From the IMG/VR virus record IMGVR_UViG_3300035661_000005: a DNA stretch of 64,000 bases; one strand, given 5' to 3'. Shown piece after piece: positions 8,684 through 16,078 of the stretch. How positions within the stretch are numbered: position 1 is the first letter of the stretch; each line of letters starts with the position of its first letter. The position numbers were made by a program, and so were the translations under genes. Under the pieces are notes generated by a model. That model ran no database searches. It was not told the origin of the DNA and saw only the letters and a program-made list of their open reading frames with translations. The stretch comes from a virus. Lineage: Duplodnaviria; Caudoviricetes.

Positions 8684-11377
8684 ATGGCCTTCCGTAAGTT
8701 TGCCAACGCGACCATTGTCAAGCCCGACATCTCGTCGGCCGGGTGGGAGAACCTCCGGGTCCACGGGAACAAGCAAGCCTCCCGGATCGTACTCGACCAG
8801 TACGACCCCAGTGAGTTCATGCTCACGCACTGCACGATCGTCGCTTCGGTGGACACGGAGGTGTCCCCGGAGCCGGTCGGTCGTCAGATGGTGGACGGCT
8901 TCGAGGTCGACCGGCGCTACCCCGACTGGCTGGTGACGCCCGCGACGTCCAAGTACGTCAACAACAACAACGACTGCTGGGAGCGCAAGCTGCTCCTCGC
9001 GTGCTTCAAGACCTTCATCGGCGGGGAGAACTACGTCGAGCACGTCCAGATCCCCGAGCTGAGCAAGGGCAAGATCCTGGACGCCGCCAGCCGGGACATC
9101 GGGGACTCGATCTACATCGACATCCTGATCGCGACGGCCCGGAAGTTCCGCCCCCTGATCTCCTCGATCCAGCGGCGGGAGCTGAAGACCCTCAGCATGG
9201 GCTGTTTCCTCCCGGGGACTCCCGTCACGATGGCCGACGGCACTCGTCTCCCCATCGAAGAGGTTCGACCCGGTGCGATGGTTCTGACCCACAAGGGCAG
9301 GGCTCGCGAGGTGCTGAACCAGCAGATCCGTGGTGGTCGCTGGCAGATGCGACGGATCAAGGTCAAGGGGGTGCCGGATGCCATCGAGGCCACAGGCACA
9401 CACCCGTTCTTCGTCCTCCGCCCGGCGTCTGTTTGCGGGTGTGGGTGTGGGGAGGCTCTTTCGACGAAGGATGCTGACCCCGTTCGTCGGATGACCAAGC
9501 GGTTCAAGGGGGGTCATGACAAGCGTGTGCTCAACCCGAACGGCAGCTACTCCCTCGACGAATACAAGGCTCGCCAGGAGAAGCTCACGGAGATCCAGAG
9601 CCTCAAGGTCGAGAAGGTTCGTGCCGACGAATTGCGAGTGGGGGACTATGTGGTCTTCCCGAAGCTCGACTCTGATGTGATCGGTGACCCAGGGCCCGCC
9701 AAGGCTCGGCTCCTCGGGTACTTCCTGGCCGAAGGCAGCTTCATCAAGAGCAAGGGTGTGCCGTCCGAGGTGCAGTTCAACTTCTCCTTGGCTGAGAAGG
9801 AGACCCTCGTTGAAGAGGTTGTTGGGCTTCTTCGCGAGGAGTTCCCCGGTTGTGCCCCTTGGGTACAAGACCGTAACACGGCAACGGTACACGTCTCGGG
9901 GAAGGGCATCGCCGCTTGGTTCAAGCAGCATGGGGGTGAGTACTCCCACCAAAAGCGTCTGAGCCCCGAGGCCATGCAGTGGTCAGTCGAATCCCAGGCG
10001 CATTTGCTTGGGGCTTGGCTCAACGGGGACGGTCACAAGCACAGCGGCGGGCACTCGGTGGGTACGACCACCTCCTACGACCTCATGTGCCAGCTTCATA
10101 CGCTGGCGGTACGAGGCGGCATCCCGGTGTGGGCAGACTGCGTGTTTGGGGGCCGAACGGTGACTTTCGCCGAGGCCGTGGTCAACGGGCAGGCACTTCG
10201 TCACGACGAGACGGGCAAGCTCGCGGCCTTCAACATCTACTTCCCCCAATCGTCTTCGGCGATGTTGATGGGGGCGTCCGCCAAGGCCCCACGCGAGGGT
10301 TCTCGCAAAAAGCACCAGCATCTCCGGGCACTCGACGACAAGGTCATCTTCCCGATCACCAGCATCGAGTCCTTCGTGTACGAGGGCTTCGTCCACGACA
10401 TCGAGGTCGAGGAAGACCACTCGTATCAGGTGCATGGCTTCGGGGTCTCCAACTGCTCGGTCGAATTCACGATCTGCACTCGCTGCGGGAACGTGGCTTA
10501 CGACGAGACGCAGCTCTGCCCGCACATCAAGTACTTCAAGGGCAACAAGTTCATCGACGACCACGGGGTCGAGCGCAAGATCGCTGAGCTGTGCGGCCAC
10601 ATCAACGAGGAGCCCGGTTCGGTCAAGTTCATCGAGGGCTCCTGGGTTGCGAACCCTGCCTTCGAGGGCGCCGTCCTACGCTCGATCCTATCGGCCGAGG
10701 ATGTGCCCGACCTCGATCGCAAGATCCAGGTCGCCTTCTCGCAGCCGGCGCGGGTCACGGACCCGGCCATCATTCAGAAGGCTGCTCGTCGCCTCTTCGC
10801 GCAGGATGAATTCCCGGGTGTCGATCAGAACGGCGGGGATGCCCCCAAGAAGGATGAGGACCCGCTCGACAAGATGGTCGACACGCTGGCGGATGCGCTG
10901 CGTGAGCGGGCCATGGAGAAGGTCCGCAGTCAGATCAGCAAGGACGATGCGGCTCGGGCACTCCCGGATGAGAACCGGAACACGACGCTCATCAAGGATG
11001 CCTTCAAGCACCCGGAATGGCGGAACATCGCTCGGGCCGTCATGGGTTCGGTCCGGGATCCGAAGGTCGCCCGCAAACTCCTCCTCGGGATGATTCTCTA
11101 CAAGACCGGGGGCTGGGGTGCGGTTCGCGCCTCCAAGGCCCTCTCGGGCAAGGAGATTCTGGGGCTTGTCCGCCTGTTCGAGATGTCTTCGAAGCGCGCC
11201 TCGAAGGCCGGGGACTCCCGTCTTTATCGAGCGGTTGTGGCGGTTGGTGGAATCAGCAAGTACGTAGATGAGAAGAGCTACCTGGCGGCTTGTCGTCGGG
11301 TGGTTGGACGCGACCTCACGGACTCCGAGAAGGTGACCCTGATCTCGAAGGGCCATCTTTATTCTCTGGGGTCGTGA
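8684..11377 (+). CDS. Prohead/capsid maturation protease containing an intein (~480 aa after splicing)
   Basis: Lies between the portal and the scaffold/capsid genes. Motifs NNNNDCWERKLL..CFKTFIG..NYVEH, spliced TLSMG|CSVEFTICTRCGN (candidate catalytic Ser in SMG) and FIEGSWVANPAF, consistent with HK97/herpes-fold phage proteases. Confidence 0.7.
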   Translation: MAFRKFANATIVKPDISSAGWENLRVHGNKQASRIVLDQYDPSEFMLTHCTIVASVDTEVSPEPVGRQMVDGFEVDRRYPDWLVTPATSKYVNNNNDCWERKLLLACFKTFIGGENYVEHVQIPELSKGKILDAASRDIGDSIYIDILIATARKFRPLISSIQRRELKTLSMGCFLPGTPVTMADGTRLPIEEVRPGAMVLTHKGRAREVLNQQIRGGRWQMRRIKVKGVPDAIEATGTHPFFVLRPASVCGCGCGEALSTKDADPVRRMTKRFKGGHDKRVLNPNGSYSLDEYKARQEKLTEIQSLKVEKVRADELRVGDYVVFPKLDSDVIGDPGPAKARLLGYFLAEGSFIKSKGVPSEVQFNFSLAEKETLVEEVVGLLREEFPGCAPWVQDRNTATVHVSGKGIAAWFKQHGGEYSHQKRLSPEAMQWSVESQAHLLGAWLNGDGHKHSGGHSVGTTTSYDLMCQLHTLAVRGGIPVWADCVFGGRTVTFAEAVVNGQALRHDETGKLAAFNIYFPQSSSAMLMGASAKAPREGSRKKHQHLRALDDKVIFPITSIESFVYEGFVHDIEVEEDHSYQVHGFGVSNCSVEFTICTRCGNVAYDETQLCPHIKYFKGNKFIDDHGVERKIAELCGHINEEPGSVKFIEGSWVANPAFEGAVLRSILSAEDVPDLDRKIQVAFSQPARVTDPAIIQKAARRLFAQDEFPGVDQNGGDAPKKDEDPLDKMVDTLADALRERAMEKVRSQISKDDAARALPDENRNTTLIKDAFKHPEWRNIARAVMGSVRDPKVARKLLLGMILYKTGGWGAVRASKALSGKEILGLVRLFEMSSKRASKAGDSRLYRAVVAVGGISKYVDEKSYLAACRRVVGRDLTDSEKVTLISKGHLYSLGS
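9203..10453 (+). mobile_element. Intein (417 aa) with LAGLIDADG endonuclease, in the protease
   Basis: C(1)FLPGTPVTMADG. Block B ATGTHPFFV. LAGLIDADG motifs LLGYFLAEGS and LLGAWLNGDG. C-terminal VHDIEVEEDHSYQVHGFGVSN followed by +1 Cys. Confidence 0.93.
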
Positions 11378-11387
11378 ATCCTTCTAT
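11377..11387 (+). promoter_or_regulatory. Putative late-promoter motif AATCCTTCTAT
   Basis: Overlaps the protease stop codon and lies 33 nt before the scaffold ATG11421. Confidence 0.6.
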
Positions 11388-11420
11388 AAAACCTCAGACG
11401 ACGAGGAAACGGAGACGATC

Positions 11421-12764
11421 ATGCGCGAGCGCACCACTTGGAACCGTTCGGCCGCCACCCAGAAGAAGGCGGACCCGTACCTGATGAACCAGGATCACGT
11501 CAGCCAGCAGCCGAAGGCCGACGACTACGTGACCGGCGACCCCTCGACCTTCGCCGAGGATGTTCACCCGTCGACGGGCACCTGGAAGGCCGAGTACTCG
11601 GGCGGCGAGGTCAAGCGCAACGAGATCGGGATGCCGGAGGTCCGCAAGGACACCTTCAGTCACCCCGAGAAGACCGCCTCCGAGCACCGCATCCTCCTCA
11701 AGAAGGCGGACGTGGCCATCAAGGTCGCTTCCCGGATGCTCGGTGCCAACGCCCCCGAGGCGGCGGTCGAGGATCAGGCGGTCGCCCTGATGCACATGCC
11801 CGACGATGCCCTCATCAACACCTTCAACCGTCTCGCGGAGCAGACCGTTCCGGCGGCGGAGCAGCAGGCCATGCAGCAGCAGGCCATGCAGCAGCAGGCG
11901 TTCGAGCAGGCCCAGACGGCGTGCAAGCAGGCGATCGAAGCCGGCGACATGGAGGCCGCGCAGCAGGCGATGGACCAGATGCAGGCGGCCAAGCAGGCGC
12001 TCCAGGGCGGCCAGCAGGTCATGGCGAACCAGGGCCAGGGTCAGCAGGGCCAGGGTCAGCAGGGCCAGGCCGACAAGAAGCAGGCGAACCAGGGTCAGGC
12101 CAACCAGGGTCAGGGTCAGCAGGCCAAGGACGACCAGGCCGAGAAGAAGCAGGCCAACCAGGGTCAGGCAGAGCAGGGTAAGGACCAGCAGGGCCAGCAG
12201 AAGCAGGCCGAGCAGGGCCAGGTCAGCCAGGCCCAGGTCGCCCAGATGGTGCAGCAGGCGGTGCAGCAGGCGCTCGCCCAGCAGCAGCAGGCCCAGCAGC
12301 AGCAGCAGGCCCAGCAGCAGCAGGCCCAGCAGCAGCAGGCCCAGCAGCAGGTCGCCCCGGCGGCCCAGCAGCAGCAGGCCCAGCAGCAGGTCTCGGACGA
12401 CGCCCTCCTCGCCGACATGCTCGGTGAGGAAGTCCCCGTCGAGGTGACCTCGGAGGCCGACATCGAGATGGAGCCCGCTCCGATGGACATGGCCGACGCC
12501 GGCCTCGGTCCGGAGGACGAGGTGCTCATGCAGCTCTTCGCGGCCGACGAGGGCGCGCAGCAGGAGCCCGAGAAGAAGGATGACCAGGGTCAGGGCAAGA
12601 CGGCCGGTATGGCTCGTACGGCCTCGACCCGCACGGTCGGCACGCGTCCGACCCAGGGCGTCAGCCGTGTCGGCGGCGGCGTCGCGGGTCAGGGTGGCCA
12701 GGACGTCGGCAAGCTCGCGGCCCTGTGGCCCTCGGCTCCGGACGTCAGCGGCGCCTTCCGCTGA
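11421..12764 (+). CDS. Capsid scaffolding protein (Gln-rich)
   Basis: Sits between the protease and the decoration/capsid genes. Helical and low-complexity with an acidic stretch, and a short conserved-looking C-terminus (LAALWPSAPDVSGAF) like a capsid-binding tail. Confidence 0.65.
   Translation: MRERTTWNRSAATQKKADPYLMNQDHVSQQPKADDYVTGDPSTFAEDVHPSTGTWKAEYSGGEVKRNEIGMPEVRKDTFSHPEKTASEHRILLKKADVAIKVASRMLGANAPEAAVEDQAVALMHMPDDALINTFNRLAEQTVPAAEQQAMQQQAMQQQAFEQAQTACKQAIEAGDMEAAQQAMDQMQAAKQALQGGQQVMANQGQGQQGQGQQGQADKKQANQGQANQGQGQQAKDDQAEKKQANQGQAEQGKDQQGQQKQAEQGQVSQAQVAQMVQQAVQQALAQQQQAQQQQQAQQQQAQQQQAQQQVAPAAQQQQAQQQVSDDALLADMLGEEVPVEVTSEADIEMEPAPMDMADAGLGPEDEVLMQLFAADEGAQQEPEKKDDQGQGKTAGMARTASTRTVGTRPTQGVSRVGGGVAGQGGQDVGKLAALWPSAPDVSGAFR
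11860..12390 (+). repeat. Coding CAG-rich simple repeats (poly-Q, QQQA and QGQ units)
   Basis: Repeated cagcagcaggcc, cagggtcag and aagaagcaggc(c/g)aaccag units inside the scaffold ORF. Confidence 0.9.
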
Positions 12765-12770
12765 GACCCA

Positions 12771-12805
12771 TTCAGGGGGAGTCCCCGCAACGGGGCTCCC
12801 CTGAA
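12771..12805 (+). other. GC-rich intergenic hairpin without a U-tract
   Basis: TTCAGGGGGAGTCCCCG-CAA-CGGGGCTCCCCTGAA, between the scaffold and decoration genes. Confidence 0.65.
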
Positions 12806-12887
12806 GACTTCACCGAGTCCGTCGGTGCCTAGATCGAATCAGAGCAGGTAGCACCCAAGTATTCGCCCATTCCCGTCAGGAGATCTC

Positions 12888-13514
12888 ATGACCCAGTACG
12901 CAATCGGCGGACAGTCCTCGGGTGACTACAAGGAGACCTCGGCCCGCGTCCAGCTTCTGCACGTCGTCACCCGCAACTCGCAGGGTGCTCTGACGCCAGA
13001 CGCCTTCTCGCAGGCCAACCCTCCTGTCGTCACCGCGTACAAGTCCACCACCCTCTCGAACGTCACCAAGGTCGGCGTGCTCGGCGGCACCGTCGCCTTC
13101 ACCCGTCCGGACTACGGCAACGGCTACCACGGTGGCCCGGTCAAGGTCGGCGGCGTCTACGTCGCGGGCCAGCAGCCCCTCGGCATCTTCCTCAACGACG
13201 CGATCGGCAACGCGTTCGAGAACACGCCCGGCGTGGCCTCGGGCAAGGGGCCGTACGTCTGCGGCAGCGGCTCCTGCGTGGCCGTCTCCGTCTACGAGAC
13301 GAAGGTGCAGATCGGCGGCGGCGCCGGCAACCCGCTCACGGCCTACGCCCCGGGTGACAAGCTGTACGCCTCGGTGAACGGCCTGCTCACCAACCTCTCG
13401 ACGGACGCCTACGAGTACAACGTCGCGGGCAACCCGGCGCCGACGCTCATGGGCATCGTCAAGGTCGCCCCCGATTCCAACTCGTCCCTCCTCGTCCTCG
13501 ACCTCCGCGTCTGA
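12888..13514 (+). CDS. Capsid decoration/cement protein (beta-rich)
   Basis: SD AGGAG, directly upstream of the capsid gene. Motifs PLGIFLNDA, YAPGDKLYASVNGLLT and MGIVKVAP...LVLDL fit lambda gpD-like beta-tulip decoration proteins (inference). Confidence 0.6.
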   Translation: MTQYAIGGQSSGDYKETSARVQLLHVVTRNSQGALTPDAFSQANPPVVTAYKSTTLSNVTKVGVLGGTVAFTRPDYGNGYHGGPVKVGGVYVAGQQPLGIFLNDAIGNAFENTPGVASGKGPYVCGSGSCVAVSVYETKVQIGGGAGNPLTAYAPGDKLYASVNGLLTNLSTDAYEYNVAGNPAPTLMGIVKVAPDSNSSLLVLDLRV

Positions 13515-13553
13515 GATCAACGAGAAGCCAGGCCAAGGAGAGGAAGCAAGAAC

Positions 13554-14435
13554 ATGGCTACCATGGTCTCGAACGAAACCAAGCAGCAGGTCATCAGCGA
13601 GTACATCCGCACGGCCGCCGGTCGTGCGAAGCTCGCCGCTTCGATGATCCAGCCCCTACGCCTCCGCCGCGACTACACCGCGGTCGGGCGCAAGACCTTC
13701 CTGGTCGAGCAGCTCCCCGACGGGGCGCTGCCGATCTACGACAAGGACCCGGACGTCACGGCGTACGTGGTCGGCGAGGAGGGTGAGAACATCCTCGCGA
13801 TCCAGAAGCCGCGCCGCGTGATCTTCCCGCTGTTCGAGGTCGCCTCGAACCCGGAGATCCCGCTCACGCAGATCAAGGAGCGCCGCTTCGACCTGATCGA
13901 GCGCGCCCAGGATCTCGCGAAGGCGCAGATCCAGGCCGCCGAGGACGAGCGCGTCTTCACGGTCCTCGACTCGATCGCCGTGTCGGGCTTCGACACGCTC
14001 CCGGGTCAGACGAACCCGGACGTGGCCGTGGTCGCCCCGATCTCGCCGAGCGCCCTCGCCGACGCCTTCGCCGAGATCGAGCGTCACGACCTGCGCGTGG
14101 CCAGGATCTACATGAACGCGACGGACTACGCGGACATCCGCAAGTTCGGCCGCGACATCCTGGACATCGAGAGCCAGGCGACGCTGCTCAAGACGGGTCT
14201 GCAGGCGAGCCTCTGGGGCGCCCAGATCATCACCAGCCGCCTCGTCCCGGTCGGCTACGTCTACATCTGCTGCGAGCCCGAGAACTTCGGTCGGTTCCCG
14301 GTCCGCACGGAGCTGACGGTCCTCTCGGCCGACGATCCGAAGGCCCGCACGATCGGGTTCTCGTGCTTCGAGAACATCGGCATCGGCGCCTTCAACCCGC
14401 GCGGCCTCACCCGCATGGTCGTGACCCGCGCCTGA
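13554..14435 (+). CDS. Major capsid protein, compact HK97 fold (293 aa)
   Basis: Strong SD, the most biased codon usage in the window, and a terminator downstream. Spine helix RFDLIERAQDLAKAQIQAAEDERVF, A-domain IYMNATDYADIRKF and LWGAQIITSRLVPVGYVY, C-terminal FENIGIGAFNPRG. Confidence 0.85.
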   Translation: MATMVSNETKQQVISEYIRTAAGRAKLAASMIQPLRLRRDYTAVGRKTFLVEQLPDGALPIYDKDPDVTAYVVGEEGENILAIQKPRRVIFPLFEVASNPEIPLTQIKERRFDLIERAQDLAKAQIQAAEDERVFTVLDSIAVSGFDTLPGQTNPDVAVVAPISPSALADAFAEIERHDLRVARIYMNATDYADIRKFGRDILDIESQATLLKTGLQASLWGAQIITSRLVPVGYVYICCEPENFGRFPVRTELTVLSADDPKARTIGFSCFENIGIGAFNPRGLTRMVVTRA

Positions 14436-14465
14436 TCCGGCCGGGCCTACGGGCCAGTGAGTGTT

Positions 14466-14506
14466 CGAGGGCGGCCTCCTACGGGAGTGCCGCCCTCGGC
14501 GTTTTT
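14466..14506 (+). terminator. Rho-independent terminator after the capsid gene
   Basis: Stem CGAGGGCGGC-CTCC / GGAG-(T)-GCCGCCCTCG with a cUACGg loop, followed by GCGTTTTTGT. Confidence 0.8.
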
Positions 14507-14594
14507 GTCTCAGTGTCTCCCAAGCCCCTATCGCCCGAACAGCGGAACATCTAGGATCCTGTCGAATTCGATCCCAGGTGCCAGTCCGACCATT

Positions 14595-14605
14595 TTTTCA
14601 CTTAT
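14595..14605 (+). promoter_or_regulatory. Putative late-promoter motif TTTTCACTTAT
   Basis: Near-consensus copy after the terminator, 52 nt before ATG14658. Confidence 0.4.
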
Positions 14606-14657
14606 CCCTTTTGAGTATGGGGCACCTTCACGTCTTTAGTGCCCGAAAGGATATCGG

Positions 14658-15776
14658 ATGGCACCGAATCAGATCAGCTACCGTGCGGGCCAGATGCAGA
14701 AGTTCCTCGCGCAGCGGACCTTCATGCTCGGTCAGACGGGGATCCAGATCTCCCAGGGGATGGAGGTCCTCTTCGACGGCACGAGGGTCTCGGTCGACGG
14801 CAACGAGGTGACGCTGCCCCAGCTTCGCGGGGCCATCCGTCAGGGGTGGCTCGTGCTCGAAGCCGAGTACGACGAGGAGAACACCGAGGCATCGCGTCCC
14901 GTAGCGGCGAACATCCAGGTGCGGCACGCCACCAAGGGTGGGAACCCCTTCATGAACCAGGCGCCGACCCGTTCGGCGATGACCATGACGGAGTCGGACG
15001 AGCGGGAGGTCGGACAGGTCGCCTCTCACGCGCAGGCGGCTCGGCAGGCCAACCAGCAGTACCGCCGGGGTCAGCCGGTCGACACGCCGCAGGGCTCCTC
15101 CGTGGAGATGCAGGACGGGGTGCCGGTGCGCCGGCTCAAGACGGCCGCCGGGGAGAGGTCCAAACAACAGCGGACCGTTCTGACGTCCGAGTCGGCTGGA
15201 GATGCCATTCGTCGGGCCAATTCGGTCCAGGTGGACCCGGGGCAGGGCATCACGCGGGAGGAGATGCTCGAACGCATGTCGCCCGAGCAGCGTGAGGGGT
15301 ACCTGGCGACCACGGGTGCCCTCAAGGCGGCGCACTTCGACGACGGGGCGACGCAGGCCAAGATCGTAGGCCGCGTGACGGCTTCCAAGGCCCCCAAGAC
15401 GCAGGACGGGATCAGCGCCAAGGTGACCACGGGTGGTGGCATTGAGACGGCCGATCCTTCGACGGGCACGACCGAGAAGCCGGTCGAGACGGTGCGCGTG
15501 GAGGACGGGATCACCTTCCGCGGGACGAACCTCTCCAAGCCGAAGCCCCCGGTCGTCAAGGAGACGGGGGACACGGACGTCCGCCGCCGGGTCGCCAAGG
15601 CCATCTGCCCGGACTTCCCGGACAACTACGACTTCACGCTCCCGGAGCGGAAGAAGCTGGCGCGGCTGCAGGCGGACTACGAGGATCGTGAGGACGTGCT
15701 GCGGGCGGTCTTCGCCGCCGAGTCGGACGCCTTCAAGCTGCTGCTCGTGGCCGAGTTCCCGGCGGTCTTCGCGTAG
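14658..15776 (+). CDS. Hypothetical protein
   Basis: SD GAAAGGA, phage-like codon usage. Beta-rich N-terminus, disordered middle and helical C-terminus. Confidence 0.75.
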   Translation: MAPNQISYRAGQMQKFLAQRTFMLGQTGIQISQGMEVLFDGTRVSVDGNEVTLPQLRGAIRQGWLVLEAEYDEENTEASRPVAANIQVRHATKGGNPFMNQAPTRSAMTMTESDEREVGQVASHAQAARQANQQYRRGQPVDTPQGSSVEMQDGVPVRRLKTAAGERSKQQRTVLTSESAGDAIRRANSVQVDPGQGITREEMLERMSPEQREGYLATTGALKAAHFDDGATQAKIVGRVTASKAPKTQDGISAKVTTGGGIETADPSTGTTEKPVETVRVEDGITFRGTNLSKPKPPVVKETGDTDVRRRVAKAICPDFPDNYDFTLPERKKLARLQADYEDREDVLRAVFAAESDAFKLLLVAEFPAVFA

Positions 15777-15780
15777 AGCG

Positions 15781-15791
15781 TTTCTTCTTGT
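15781..15791 (+). promoter_or_regulatory. Putative late-promoter motif TTTCTTCTTGT
   Basis: Identical to the 6736 copy, 14 nt before GTG15806. Confidence 0.5.
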
Positions 15792-15805
15792 GCGCGGTCT
15801 ACGGC

Positions 15806-16078
15806 GTGGAGCCCAAGACCAAGCCCGTCGGAAACGTCTACCTGATCACCAACACGGTGAACGGGAAGAAGTACGTCGGACGGACTACGGTCACGCTCGC
15901 AGGACGGTGGCGGGCTCGGAACGCTGAAGCCCTCACCAAGGCGAGGGTTGCACGAACGGCAGCAGCCCTAGTTAGGGATGCCACCAGTTCTCCTGAAGAG
16001 GCAGCACGTAGGGTGCGCCTACGGGAAGCGTGCAGGCGGTACAACGAGCGGAAGCGGGAGCAACATGCCCACGTCTGA
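15806..16078 (+). pseudogene. Truncated GIY-YIG homing endonuclease remnant
   Basis: GNVYLITNTVNGKKYVGRT is a canonical GIY-YIG motif pair followed by RW. The sequence then loses similarity, and I see no catalytic Glu helix or Asn motif. Confidence 0.75.

Noticed and set aside
4833-12390. Repeats as a possible CRISPR array or DGR template/variable pair
   Set aside because: All repeats are in-frame coding units with no unique spacers. There is no cas or reverse transcriptase gene and no adenine-specific variation.
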